A stretch of DNA of 64,000 nt from Hydrolagus affinis (Eukaryota), in the NCBI GenBank assembly GCA_012026655.1, contig JAAILG010000325.1, forward strand, positions 1-64,000, given 5' to 3'. Each line of letters opens with the position of its first letter. Position 1 is the stretch's first letter. The notes beneath the pieces were generated by a model. It was given only the letters and a program-made list of their open reading frames with translations. It was not told the origin of the DNA and did no database searches. Of this stretch, positions 38,171 through 52,209 are shown one piece after another. Position numbers and translations under genes: made by a program.

Positions 38171-40406
38171 AAATGGCAACATAGGTATATTTAGGCTCTA
38201 TATTTGGATATTGTAACCGTGCAGAGACCAATAAATCTTTATTTCATTCAGTAAACTATTTAGTTTAGCTCAATCTGATTATGATTTTTTCTCCCTGTCT
38301 CTGCTCAGTGTTTAGGATATTGAACAGAGTCTACAATTACGAAAAGTCGCTGACCAGAATTACATTGATATTGACAAGACTGGGAAAGCTGTAAGTTCAC
38401 TTGCAGTTTTTGGAATGAAATGGAGGTCATACAAGCTCCCTATTAGAAACTCCATAAGCACAATTACTATTAAATCTACATTTCAAAAGATTAAATAAAT
38501 GAAGGGTATCTTCATCAGTAAATTCAATCCTTAGGCTTTTTACAAGAGAAAGTACTTTGGGATGTTCCATGTTATAGGTGCCACATCAAACACAATGATT
38601 GTAATTTTTAATATGTGGATTTATAAAATTCTCTTTTAGCCCTATCACTGTGTGTGAATTTGTTATCTAATATATAGTGAGTGCTTTATATAGAGCTTGT
38701 TGGGCAGCTGATTAGCTAACTATAAACTGTAGTATATTAACTTTAATATTAATGTCTAACTCTGCATGTTTTCTTTTTTTCACATAACTAAGTAGAGCCC
38801 ACTTACAGTTGACATGTATCTACAGGTTTACTGTAACAAAGCTTCCAGCTGCCTGCAGTATATATTGAATGCATTCTTTTGAAATGAGGTCACAACAAAA
38901 ACACTGCCTTCAGCAAAAAATTATTATTGTGTTCTGCAGTTAGTTAAACTGGAAATCTGAAATGGCTGAATTATGATTTTGAAGTTGTGCCTGACATCAT
39001 TAATTAAGTGAATATGTGAATGTTAAACAACCTATAGTTCTATTTGTCCTAATTCGCTTGTTAAATAGTAAGTACAATAAAATGACTAACTTTTAGATTA
39101 TGGATTATTAAACTATGGGGGGGAAATTCCACCTGGGTCTAGATTTATATTTTCCCAGCAATTTCTGAGCATCTTCAATCTGGCAAACTGTTAAATTCAA
39201 TCTTAGCTTTGAAGTTGTTTTTTGTTCTGTAGTTCCTAAAAATAACTTTCTTTTTATTGTGGTTTGACTGTGATTTTAATACTTTATTAAAGCCAAGAGT
39301 GCCTTTTCTGCCTGCCCCACCAGATGTGGAATGTCTCCTTCTCTCATATCCCAGACTGAGAGGGGCATAACCTTTACACCCTGGGCATTCATTCCCTCAT
39401 TACCTTCATTGTGAGATGCACCTGCACCAAGGACCTTTTCTTAAAAGGGTCAAAACCTAGAGATGGATTTGGAATCTGCCCATTGTGTCAAGTGTATGTA
39501 TTGTGTTGAGAAAAAAAGAAATGAAAGAGAACATAAGAATTTGCTAGGCAAAAGAAGAATTTGTCTTCTATTATCCTGGCTGTCGATTGATATGTCATGT
39601 CCCAAACTATATATTTTATTTTGACTTATTATTTCCTAATAGAAATGTGCATAATTTGTTCTTTTTTTCATTCAAAACCCATCTATAAACAATATAATGT
39701 TGCTTTGAAGTCTTAAAGTGAAGTGGGAGAATGGAATCACTAAATGTTTTCCGATTACTTTCTGAAGTAGTTTCCATGGAAAAAGGTGTTGTATACTTAG
39801 CATTGTTTTATTGCAATGTAATACAATAAGGCAGACTATTAAATTTCTAGACTTGGAAGTTGTCTCAATTTCCCAATTAAAGTTGAAGAGACTGAGTCAT
39901 AGTGCAGATTGTGAGCAAGTTATATTGCAAAAGAGTACTGAAACTGACTCTATATTAAAATCATGCCTCCTGCAGATGATTCATTGATCCCAGATTCTGT
40001 CAGATGATTCTTTATAGATGCCTCTGTAGCAATTTTTTTTCACATCTTGAACTTGAATTTGAAAACTTATACCTGAAAATAATTTTGTTAATCAAAAGAA
40101 GCACGCATAACCTTGATCAAAAGAAATACATGTGTTTTTAAAAACAAAAATCGTGTGTCTTAAAAGAAAGGCAATTGAATTGAGAATATAGACGTTGTTA
40201 ATCAGTTTACATTGTCCCTAGCTGCAACACAGATATAACAGATGAAGAAATAATGGAGGGATTATCATTGTTGGCTGATTGTTCGGGGGTTCAGAAATAA
40301 TTTCCTCACTGTTAAGTATGACAAAAAGCCTGCAAATCGAAACCTGTGAACTTTGAAGGCTGATATACTGCATCTAGCATTGGTTTGTGGCAATTTCAAT
40401 GTGCAA

Positions 40407-40680
40407 TAATAATAATCAACCTTGCATTTGATATCGCGTTTTTCATGTCTTCTAGACATCTCAAAGTGCTTCACAAAATATACTTTAAAGTGAATTGACT
40501 GTATATATGTGGGAGAAACTCGGCAACCAATTGTCCCACAAACAGTCAGGGATTAAAATGACCAATTTATTATTGTTTTTATGAGAGATTATTATTAGGC
40601 GTGTGGGGTAAGGAAACTTGCCCAAGGTTTTGACCTGCCTGGAAATGAACCCAGGTCTCTCGCATGTAAGTCGAGCTTTC
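40407..40680 (-). mobile_element. Deu-SINE
   Basis: Reverse complement of the family consensus from tail to head. Confidence 0.88.
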
Positions 40681-42909
40681 AAGTGTTTGTGGGCAGAAAG
40701 TGGCAGGCAAATTCAGAACAGGAGCTAATACTGCATCTTGTAAAATAGAAAGCTGCAAAATATTTGAGATGGTTTTGATTTGGCTAAACCAACCCTTGTA
40801 CATGCTTCACAAATATGAATTTGTGGGTTATTATGTCAAACCTGGCGCAACAAATTTCAGCAACGGCTTTGCATCCTGGCCTTACTTATTAATTAGAATG
40901 ATTAAAGCCAAACTGCTGTAACAATACAGCTGCCTATAATGAATGCAGAGGGAATACTGTATATTTATGGGTAATCGAATATCATATCGATGACTGCTTC
41001 TTTTCACATAGTCCTTTGTCTTGGTGTCTTGGTGAAATCTATGTTCTGCATAGGCTTCTCGGGTTGATAAACTTCAGATTATTTATTGAGAAACCTACAT
41101 TCATGTTTGTAATAATTATCGCGTGTGAACAGCATCAAAGCTGCTCCAACAGCTGTAGATGCAAAACCTGACTAGCAAGACTCGAAAGAGTATGTTTGTT
41201 CTCGACAGAAATTCGTAATCCTAGGGCCTGACTTCAAGCGTCCAATCGAACCATTATTTGTTTTACTTTCACAGTTTCTGAAGTTCCCCTGAACTACATA
41301 TATGGAAACGCTGTGTCTTGTCTTCTAATAAATCCGTGATAATCTTGGAAAACCATGATGTAGAATCTTGTGTTACAGATTTGTACAGTGCTCTGATTCT
41401 GATGATAATGTTTGTACAGTATAGGGTTATTATCTCATACATATAGAACAGAACTTGAGCCAAGTAAACAAGTGGTTGAGCTAGCCCTGTATTGCAGTAT
41501 ATTTGCTTCCTCTACAGACACAGCCACAGCCCCTGCTCATTCTCTCTTAATGCATTATGGGGAGATTCTGACAGTTGCGTATCCCAAGTAGTAACTGATA
41601 TGCACCAATACTAGGTCTCACCTTCAGCCAAAAGCCGAGAAGCATGGAATTCAGATATTACGCAGAATGGATATGTGGATTTGTTTTTAACAGGAATGAT
41701 TGCATTTCCTTGTACAGGGCGATTGAAAAGTCTGATACCATTTCAACGACTTAATAAAATGCTGATTTTATTTTAGATATTAGGTTGGATATCACAACCT
41801 TTTGGTCACCATTTATTTGCTTTCAGATAATCAGCTAACACTTGGTTTCCGCTGCGTGAGTTGCGCGTTCTATTTCTGGCTTGGACACATTTATCATTCT
41901 TGCTTGTGGTATTTTCAAGATTGTGGGCATAGAGCTGGTTTTAAACTGTGCAAACAGCAGTTTTGTAGACAATATGCCGGCGTTTGATAATATGCAGGCA
42001 TTGCTTTTAATGTTATTGTTGGGTTTTAGGTTTGGTGAAAATACTAATGCATTCTTCATGGGGTGGGTGTGGGGAGGAAAAAAAATTTCCGTTGACAATT
42101 AAATCAGTCTACAAATGTATGACAGCTTTTTATTATCATAGAAGCTCTTTGGATAGATATGGAGTTGCATTACAGGAGTTGTACTGTAACTAGCACTGGG
42201 ATAGTTACTGAGATGTATTGAAAAGTTTAATTACCCCTAGGAAAAATTTAGCTATAAATATGAATAGATAAGAGCTACATTTTGTTTTTAGAACTCTAAT
42301 TTGCTTGCTTTGGCAAGACATACCACCAATCAATGTCCTTTCGGTCAGAAACAAGATACCATTACCAACTATTTGTATATTCAATGTCAGCTGTTGCTAA
42401 TCACTTATTTGTTTAAAAACAATTTGTGACATTGGTTCACTCCACTGATGACTCTGTGGGTGGTACTGAGCAATGTAGACCTGGGTCAAAAATAAGGGAG
42501 CTATAATTGGACTTTGGCTTCTTACTCGTGATTATTATGCAGTCCATGTGGTTTTTCAGATGAGAACAGAATTCAATTTAGCTGTGATGATGTGCCCTTT
42601 GTTTATTAGTCCACTGATACACACTGATGACCATTATACATGAAGAATGGCTTCTCAAAGAAAGTACTTGAGGACTGTGGAACTTTATGAGCTTCTAGAT
42701 GGAGAAGAGAAGGCATACAAGAGGAAACAACAATATTTTTAAATTCCCTCTACATAACAGCCTAGGGATTGGCTAAACACTTGTTAGAGTGATCCTCAGA
42801 GTTGGCACACCAGTTTGAATCTCTCTTTTGAGGGTAGCCACAGATGCAATGCTGTTAGATCGCCAGTTTGTTTTTTCGTCAAAGGCAAAATTCGTAATAC
42901 AGTAATAAC

Positions 42910-43201
42910 AATAATAATCCTTGCATTTGGTACAGCATCTTATAATGTCTTCTAGACATCTCAAAGCATTTCACAGAATATACTGTAAAGTGAATTGACT
43001 ATTTTTGTGGGTGGCAGCTAATTGTGCCCAGTGGAGTCCAAACAGTCCTAGATTGAATTGTAGAATTTATTATTGTTCATTTTTCTTGAGGGGTTGTTAT
43101 CAGGCGTGTGGAATAAGAAAACTTGCCCAAGGTTCTGACTTGTGGGGAATTGAACCCAGATTTGTGGGATGAGGGCTCTAACCACTGAACTACAGGACTC
43201 C
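42910..43201 (-). mobile_element. Deu-SINE, full length
   Basis: Ends ctctaaccactgaactacaggactcc (head in reverse). Confidence 0.88.
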
Positions 43202-43995
43202 ATTGATACAGTACCACTAATTGATTGTGATAGAGTGACTTTGTTTGTTAGGAAATTTAATCTAGTTTTCTTTGGCTCAATTTCTGCTATTCAAACTCAA
43301 TCCAGGTCAAACTGAGTGGAACCAATTCATCGCACAGTCACAGAATGCACTGATTCAATTCAGGCTGATTACCAGTGTGAATTCTGTCTATTTTAGACTC
43401 TATGTCTGTCCTTACTACAGTATATTAATCCTACATATGCAAAATTTAGACAAAACAGTGTGATCCATTATTTTACTGAATGTTAGAAAGGCAAGAAATC
43501 CCATTATAATCGCATGACATCAATCACTAGTAATAAAGTGAAGAATAATATACACTCAACGCTAAAGTCAATAAGAGAGAGAAGAGTAGTACAGTATTCA
43601 TGGATTTGTATGTAGCCATTGCAATAAAAGGATCCTAGAAGTGCCTATGAATCATCTTGACTTAAATTTCTTCCTTATGTGTCAAACAGTACCCTGGCAA
43701 AATAGGCAGGAAGAACCAGTAAGTAAATGTCAGAACTTTTAAAAATTGTAAATAACTGAAAGACTGACAATGTTTTTATCAACACACATCGCAATATTAC
43801 TTTGTAGATTTTTAAAACTAGCCAAACACTGACTCATCAGGTCTATGCTTACTGCATATAGCCAATCACACAGTTATCTAATTTAAACTAAGGATTAGAA
43901 AAGCATATAGTTTGAATAAACAAAAGTGAGTTATTCATACTGTATCTTGATGGCAAACTTCAAGACAGGAAGACACAATAAAATCTCACCCATAT

Positions 43996-44035
43996 GTTAG
44001 TTAGTTGGTTGGTTGGTTGGTTAGTTGGTTAGTTA
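43996..44035. repeat. (ttag)/(ttgg) tetranucleotide microsatellite
   Basis: gttagttagttggttggttggttggttagttggttagtt. Confidence 0.8.
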
Positions 44036-46444
44036 TTGGAAGCTGCCAGTAGGTATGATTCTATTTAAATAAATAAAAATGACAGTTCAGCTTTAAAAGA
44101 CTGCAAACTCTCGAGATTAAAAGAAATGAAACTTCTAGTGAAAAGCAAACCCTGTGACTTATTTTGGGTTCCTGAAGCCTTGGCTCTTGCCCAATAGTCT
44201 CTAGTGAGGGGAGCAGGGGAGAGAGAGTGCACATTCTATTCCAGTCACAGACATTTCCATATGTAGTTGGCACTTATGAATTTCAGGTTTGGATACGCTT
44301 AAATAATGTAATGGGTGAGAAACCTGACTAAACAAAGCAAAAGGCATTTTGAAAGTAGCTTTAATAATAAGCTTTAGAGTCCTATTTGATATAGTAACAT
44401 TTAATATTTCACTATAACTATTGCAATCATGTTAACTTTTCGTTTTACCACAATGTATAGTAATATTTCTAACTCTAGTAACTCTAATATTAAAGATCCC
44501 ATAGCATTCCATAAAAAAGAGAAGGGAGTTCCTCCCAGAAAAAAATGACCATTCACATTATGAATGTTTGTGAGACGTTGCTGTGTGCAAATTTCCTACT
44601 GAATGCGTCTACAAACAGTTAATGTTACACTCTACAGTGAATTCTGTGAAGCAATGTGAGACATTTTGATGATATGATAAGGTGTTATATCATCTACCTT
44701 CCATTCTAAATCCCACAATGTGCCAACCCTGTAAAACTCAACAGCAAAAGCACAAGTTAGCCTTGTGAAAAGCTTGAAGGTACTGGGTATAGATATTGTA
44801 CAAGTATCTGTGGGGCTTTGGCTGCAATGAATGACAACCAATACATCTGTGATTATTGGGCCTGGAAAAGTAATCAAACTGAGCTGATTGGGTTTAATTC
44901 AGAACCTTGATTATAGTTGAGCTACAATATAAGAATCAAATTGAATGCAACAAAATCATAATTGTTGGAGGTTATTCACACTAAGTGGATTAGGAGAGCT
45001 ATGGACTGAGAGAGTGCAACTGTTCTCAACATAACATAAACAGGATGCTGAAAAGCCCTTTGAGACATTGACCTCATTTCTTCAGAATTAACTGGAGTGA
45101 ATTGTAGGCCCCATTCAAGTCAAAAGGGTAACATGGAAATTTTCCCTCCACCTCTGATTGATATCAGGCACAATCCACTGCTTCTTCAAGTTCTCCCTAG
45201 CTCACGAGTCAATACACACACAACTGGAAATGGAATGCAGGATTTCAACCTAGACTGGAGCTATATACTGAGCTATACAGATCTAAGCAAATGTTAGATC
45301 AACTGGTTTACAGCAACAGGAAATCACTTTTTTTTTCAAAAAATGGTCTGGCTCAGTGTCTGACAATAAAAGTATAGAAAAAAGGACAAAGACAGACTGC
45401 ATAATCTTCATATTTGTTTGAGTTTTTAATGGGTGTTTGTACAACAGGATAATGATAATAGGAAGCAAGACAATTGCGAGTTTTGATGTACAGTACTTTG
45501 AAGGTAAAACAGAAGCCAGACATTTGCTTGAAATATAATTTAATCTCACCATAAATCTTTAATCATGTGCGAGTAATGTTTTCTTTCCCTTAAGGCAGAA
45601 AAACCCATTTAAAAGTCATTTATATCTATCTGTGCAGATGATGGCATTTGAGACACCACACTGCTGCTGATGTAATGGGTACTGTAGATTGCTATCTGGG
45701 CAAAGTTTACATGCTGGATGCTACCTTGGTTACTTACTGCTGATTGTCGGTATCTCACCATCTAATTAATGTCTTCCATGATGGTTATTTTATAACCATC
45801 TCTTGTAAGTACAGTACTGCTCAGTAGTTATCAGTGTTTTTCCACATGATGTATACAAATGTAATTTTGTTGTTGTTGCATACAAATAGCTTTTTGTTGC
45901 TTCTACAGGCAAATCTGAAGTTTTGGCGAGGTGATGGCCATATAGCGTCCTAAAAATGAAATGCTGATATGACTAAATATAATTTTAGAAGGACTGGACT
46001 AAATTTTCCTCCTCCCTGCTCAATATTAGTGGCCGAGTCTTCCTCCCCTGTGCCCCCAACTCTCTGGAATTCTCTTCCAAAACCACTTGCCTAACTTCTT
46101 CTCTCCCCATGTTCAAAACACTCCTATAAACTCTTTTGATTATGGCTTTGGTTTGTATTTGATCAGTATAATTAATTTCCCATGCTCAGTGTTCCCTATC
46201 AGGTTTACAAGTGCTTTGAGACATCTGAGTTGCTATTGTTGTTCTTGTAAATTGTGGGGTTTCTGTAACGAACATGTCTCCTCAAGGTCTGGGAAAGTTG
46301 TGAGATAAGTCATCTCTGGGACATGAGAAAAGGAGGAAGGCAGGGAGGCAGTGGAAGAATGCCATGACTTAACTTTAAAGACAATAGGGCAGAACTATTG
46401 ATATGGAGGACAAGGCTGTGATGGGTGAGGTACAAAGGGTTAAA

Positions 46445-46899
46445 CGTTGCTCCCGCATTACCCCAGTCCTTGTCAGACTTCACTGGCTCCCTATCCCAGA
46501 GAGGATTGACTTCAAGATCCTCACCCTTGTCTTCAAATCCCTCCACTTCTCTGCACCCCCCTACCTCTCTGACCTCCGCTCTCCTCAAACCAGCATCCGC
46601 TGCCTTCGCTCCACTGGATCTGGTCTCCTCCATGTCCCCCGAATCCTCTGCTCCACCCTCGGCGGCCGTGCCTTCAGCCACTATGCCCCGAGGCTTTGGA
46701 ATTCCCTCCCTCACTACCTTCGCCTCACCCCCTCTTTTCTCAGCTTCAGGTCCCAGCTGAAGACTTTTCTCTTCGACCGCGCCTTTGGTCACCTTTCTAC
46801 CCCTGCCCCTGGCTCGGGCCCGGGATCCGCTATTGTGAAGCTCTCTGAGACGCCGGCCGGCGTGGAGGGCGCGATATAAATCCAAGTTGTTGTTGTTGT
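46445..46899 (+). mobile_element. Relatively young L2 LINE 3' end with an open ORF2 C-terminus
   Basis: ORF 46403-46879: [22 protein letters not shown]...APPYLSDL...GGRAFSHYAPRLWNSLP...LKTFLF; CpGs retained; (ttg)n tail. Confidence 0.93.
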
Positions 46900-47312
46900 T
46901 AATTGAGATCAAAGGGACAATAACTAAGAAGACACATTCATTTGAACTTGATCAAAGAGGTTGGCAGTTAGTTGGACCATAGTCAATTAATGGATTCGTA
47001 GGGGGTCCATGGCCAGTTCCAACAGGAGAAATCTGGTTATTGTCCTGATGCTGCAAAAACTGCATAAAAAGAGTAAGATTGAGAGGTAAAGACTGAGAAA
47101 CGACTCAGAAACGATCACAGAAACTATCATTTTAATGATCAACAAGGCATAGTCTCTTCTTCAATCAAGAGAATGAAAAAGAACCAGCAGGAGAGTTAGA
47201 GGTCAGGCTAGCAGGAGCACAGTACAGTGGATCAGCAAGCCAACAGTCAGAAGAGGATAGGTCTGGTTGCTTGGGGGTCGTGTGGTCAGCTGACACCAAA
47301 AGTCGGTCGTAA

Positions 47313-47630
47313 GGAGTTCCTGTGGCCTAATGGTTAGAGCACTTGTCTTGCAAGCTGGGGAGACTTGTGTTCGAATCCAGGCAGGTCAGGTCGAAACCTT
47401 GGACAAGTTTTCTTACTCCACACACCTAATAATAATCCCTCCAAAAAAAAACCACAAATAATAAAGTTGGTCATTTCAATCCAGAACTGTTTGTGGGACA
47501 CTGCTGTGCGCAATTGGCTGCCGCGATTCGCGCACAAATATACAGTCAATTCACTTTACAGTATATTCTGTGAAGCGTTTTGGGACGTCGATGTGAAAAG
47601 CGCTATATCAAATGAAAGGATTATTATTAT
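47313..47630 (+). mobile_element. Deu-SINE, full length
   Basis: A box tggcctaatgg, B box gttcgaatcc, Deu core, (att)n tail. Confidence 0.92.
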
Positions 47631-48429
47631 TAGTAGTAGTATTATAATCACACTCACACATCCATACACTGCAGGGTAGGAGTGGTACACATGCGTGGAG
47701 TGGATCAATTATTTCTAATCTTAAGAGAATAAGTGTTTATTTTGTATTTTTTTTGTGTGTCCTTTAGTTTATTGTTCTTATTGCTAACGCAATAAACTTG
47801 TTACAGTATTTAACTTTTAATGTGTGCTGTTCATCGCCCACCTATTACCCACAACCTTACATTCTGCTGTTTACCACTGTGCACTGTCTGTACATTAAGA
47901 TTATTCAAGGCTGCACATGTGCTGTGGTTAATAGTGAAAAAGCCACCTGAATCTACTGATTGGATCAATGTATTTACCAGTTGGGCTAAATGAATGTTCA
48001 TTCAAATAGCATCTAATAGGTATAATAATCATAATCTTTTCATTTGATATAGCGCCAATCACTCCTGGGAGGAGTCTCAAAGTGCTTCATAGGATGTACT
48101 GTAAATTCTGTGCCTGTTTTGTGGGCATATATTGGTGGAAGTGAAAGATTATGACCAACATGTTATTTTAGTGCAGAATCTGATTGTGGCTCCATCAGGC
48201 AGGGAACCCATATAAATCTATCCATCTTACTGGGTGCTAGCCTGGCTCACTCAGCAGCTTTCACTTTTCAATCTGAAGATAAATTAGTTCAAGGCCCACA
48301 TTTGGATTTTGTGTCTGCTATCCCAATGCAGTGCTGCAGGAGCTCAGTGAAGTTGGAGAAATATGGTATGAATGACGGGCAAGTAATTCTGTAATTGCTT
48401 CCACTCAATCCTCTACCCACCCTATTCCC

Positions 48430-48665
48430 TCAGCTGGCTTCAGCCTCCTGGAAATCTGTCATCCCCTCTGCTCTCCTTAGCCAGTGCACCCCAAGATGCT
48501 GTGGAACTCCCTCCCTCAATCCCTTCGCCTTGCTCCCTTTCCTCAATTTCAGGTTGCGTCTGAAGACCTTCCTCTTTCACCGTGCTTATAGTCACCTTCC
48601 TCTTCCCCTGGCTCAGCATTGGGTTACGCTATTGTTAAGTGCTCTGGGACGTTGCTGACCTGGAA
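48430..48665 (+). mobile_element. L2 3' fragment, degraded
   Basis: LKTFLFHRAY peptide; ctgtggaactccctccct. Confidence 0.75.
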
Positions 48666-49724
48666 AGCCCATACAGTATTGGCTCTTAAATGTTTCAACA
48701 TGTTGAGGCACTTATATCAAATGCGAGGATTGTTAATTTATTTCTGATTGAACTATTGAATTCTCTGGGTTTGCTTTGAGCGATTATGCAATGTGTTGTC
48801 TTTATCTTTCACAGTAAATCCTGTAATGCACATTAAGATTTCTAAAGTGATCTTATCAATTCGTTGAGCTGGTGGTTTTTGATTGTGCAGATGATAGTCA
48901 CAAGATTTCCATGTTACAACAAGTCGATTTATTGGAAAGATGTCTGTGCATATCGCATACAGATTCCATTGCATAATATGCTAACCATTCAAGTCTATAA
49001 ATACATACAATATTTTTTATTTACATTTTCAAACACAGATATTGACAAAACTGCAGATTTGAGCTAATAATCATCACTTGTACTTTATTGAATTTGCATG
49101 GGGCAGAGTTGCTTTGCTGTGTACATGGAAAACAAATGTAACAAATTTACATGAGACTCACACAAAACACACACAGCAATGGGCTGACATTCTTTAGCAT
49201 TGCCAGCAATAGTATTTCATTTAAAATTTCTGTCTCTTTCTGAATTACTTCTATTGTACAATGTACATTCCAAAAGCTTCTCTGTAAAGTGTTATTACAA
49301 AATGTAAATATTATTGTAAAATGTTGGACAATGAAACTGGTCTACACCAGCTGGACTGTTACTCAAAACTGTTGTCACTGTTTGAAAGTAACTCACTTAA
49401 GTAAAGCACTTTGAGACGCTACAGGAAAGCGCTAAATTAAATATGAGTGTTATTATTTATTCATTTAGACCATGAAAGAACAGAAAGTCTTTGATGGCTC
49501 TGCCCATCACTTACAACAGCTGGTAACAAGATATCTATGTGAAAGCAAAATATTTTGTTTAGTGGACAAAAAAAAGAATGATAATGTATTCATTTTTAAA
49601 CAAGAGTGCAAACCAGTCCACAACTCTTATCAACCCGTTTTAAATCAAAGAGTAGGATATTCAATTGGTCCCAATATGTAAACTAATGTGGCAGAAATGG
49701 ACAATCCCATGATGGACATACACT

Positions 49725-50012
49725 AATAATAATAATCCTTGCATTTGATATAGCGCTTTTCACATTTTCTAGATGTCTCAAAGCACTTCACAGAATATAC
49801 TGTAAAGTGAATTGACTGTACATTTGTGGGTGAAATGTGGCAGCCAATTGCTTACAGCAGTGTCCCGCAAACTGTCGTGGATTGAAATAACCAATTTATT
49901 ATTGTTTTTTTTGAGGGATTATATTATTAGGTGTATGGAGTAAGGAAACTTTCCCAAGGTTTCGCCCTGCCTGGAATTGAACCCAGGTCTTTTGCTTGTA
50001 AGGCGAGCACTC
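49725..50012 (-). mobile_element. Deu-SINE, near full length; L2 tail follows at about 50088-50222
   Basis: Reverse complement of the family consensus. Confidence 0.9.
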
Positions 50013-50225
50013 CCAACTTCACTTATACAAATGTAGTATACTTCCAACATAGCATTCGATTTCCACATTTACTTCACAGCATTCAGAAACAACAACAAAA
50101 TTACATTTGTAGAGTGCCTTTCATGGGAAGATGTCCCATAGCGCTGAACAGGGAGGGAGGGCAGCTGAAGGCACAGTCGAAAAGAAGGGTCTTCACTTAG
50201 ACCTCAAAGGAGGGAAGGGAGAAGG

Positions 50226-50235
50226 TTTATTTATT
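50226..50235 (-). terminator. Candidate PTGER2 polyadenylation signals (overlapping AATAAA); an alternative lies at 49084-49089
   Basis: tttatttatt on + strand about 2 kb past the stop, preceded by TGTA-rich AT sequence; no transcript support. Confidence 0.3.
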
Positions 50236-51029
50236 GATTATGTAACAATGATTACATACTGCATTTTTCCAAAAAGTTAATAGCAATAGAGCAGCCAGAG
50301 AGACTTTAAATGTAGCATTCTTACAACACAGCTTTAGTTTCAAACACTGGATTACCATATAATTTAATTTGTAGTGAAGAGAAGGCAAACCTGGTCAGAT
50401 ACAATATAAATGTACATTTACATAGCAAAGCACTCCATAGTACTGTACTGCCTTGGCACCTGAGCTGGACTTGGGAACTGAGGGGGTTGGGGAGAGATAT
50501 ATAATGGAGGAAATATAATGGCCTGGATTCTGAATGGTACATTGCAAGTTTAGAGGTTATAATTCTGACGTGCCAAAACTGTTTGTATAGAAAGAACAGT
50601 TTGTAGTAAATCCTGGGAAGTTTCATCAAATGCAAGATTGTTGTTATTATAACTTGACATCTATCTATAAACAATATACTATACATTGTGAAGTTAAAAT
50701 TGTGAGCCCTACTTTTTTTTATAGTTTGTAAACCAATTTCAGTGATCCTGTAATGAAATGTTACATAGTGACAAATATGCCAACTGGTTTATCAACCAAT
50801 CTTGCTTACCAACTAGTTTGTTGCCTTGTGTTGATCATTTAATGTTTGATTTGCTCAACATCAGGAAACCTGTTGATACATGTTTAGAAATGGCCATCAA
50901 ACCGGTTAAAATGAAGCATAAAAGATTGTTTGCTTGGGCTTACATTCTTTTGATAACCAATGCAAACTAAAAATGATCAGTTTTACTTGCAACGTAAATT
51001 GTTAGGATTACTTTTTGGACTTGCATACA

Positions 51030-51465
51030 ATAATAATAATCCTTGCATTTGATATTGTGCTTTTCACGTCTTCTAGACAACAACAACAAAATTACACTTG
51101 TATAGCACCTTTCACGTCAAGAGGACAAGGCGCTGGACAATCGCTATGTCAGAACCGAGCTGGGGACACGGTGGGGAGGGAAGGGGGAATTAGGAGTTGC
51201 CGATGGTAACATCGAAGAGGAGAGTTTTTGAGGCAGGACTTGAAGGAGGCCAGGGAGGGGGCTAGATGTCTCAAAGCGCTTCACAGATTGTAAAGTGAAT
51301 TGAGTGTATATTTGTGGGCAAAACATGGCATACAATTGCACACAGCGGTGCTCCACAAATAGTCATGGATTGAAATGACCAAACTTTTTTTGAGGGATTA
51401 TTATCAAATGTGTGGAGTAAGGAAACTTGCCCAAAGTTTCATCCTGCTGGGAATTGGATCCAGGG
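51030..51465 (-). mobile_element. Deu-SINE carrying a nested L2 3' end (about 51079-51261)
   Basis: SINE tail broken at ctagac and resumed at ctagatgtctcaaagcgc. Confidence 0.85.
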
Positions 51466-52209
51466 CTCAAAAGTAGACTCCTTCAGAAAGTCTCCCTCTG
51501 CCTCGCCCATTTCAAATTCAACCTCTTTTGTTTCTTGGAATTTTCCTTGTGTATAGTTCTTCATTGAGAACAGCCCCAGGCATGACATATAATAACAGTC
51601 ATCTAGTATTCAACCTTGACCTCATACCTTCCACACCCTCAAACTATCTTGGCAAAGATTTGTACCCTATGGTACTCAATAAAGCCACTGAGTACAGATG
51701 AGGCTGTCCTTCTTACAACAGGAATATACTCAGCAAATCAGAATTACAAGGAGAATTCAGAAGGGGATTTATATAAAATGCTACACCGCATTAAAGGGAA
51801 CTCCAACACAAACCGAGAGGAGTAATGTTTCAGCTTGTACTACCAGCGAGTGTATGCATAAGAGAAAGATCCCTGGATATGCCAGAAGGAATAAACTCTA
51901 TTGCCTATTGACAATAAATATTATTAACTTACCCCTTTTCTTAAAAATCACTTTACAAAATATGTTAGCAAACAAAACTGGAATGAAGCATGTGTCTGAG
52001 CATGGGTCTGACCTGGCCCTTCCTCTGCACAGGGCTATCTGCTGTTGGATGTGAGCTGAACCCACACTAACTGCAAATCTGGTTCCCGTGACGAGGGGCT
52101 CGCTCTCCCTCGGCCTCTGCACTGGCTCTTGGGAGAGTCTGCACTTCCAACAGGGGCCAGATTTCTCGTCGGGAAACTTAAACTTTCTTTCCCCGCCAAG
52201 TCACTGTTG

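Noticed and set aside
46310-46912. 200 aa minus-strand ORF, 158 aa plus-strand ORF and the similar 9361-9714 ORF
   Set aside because: Sense and antisense readings of 5'-truncated L2 fragments; no RT catalytic domain or promoter, so not genes
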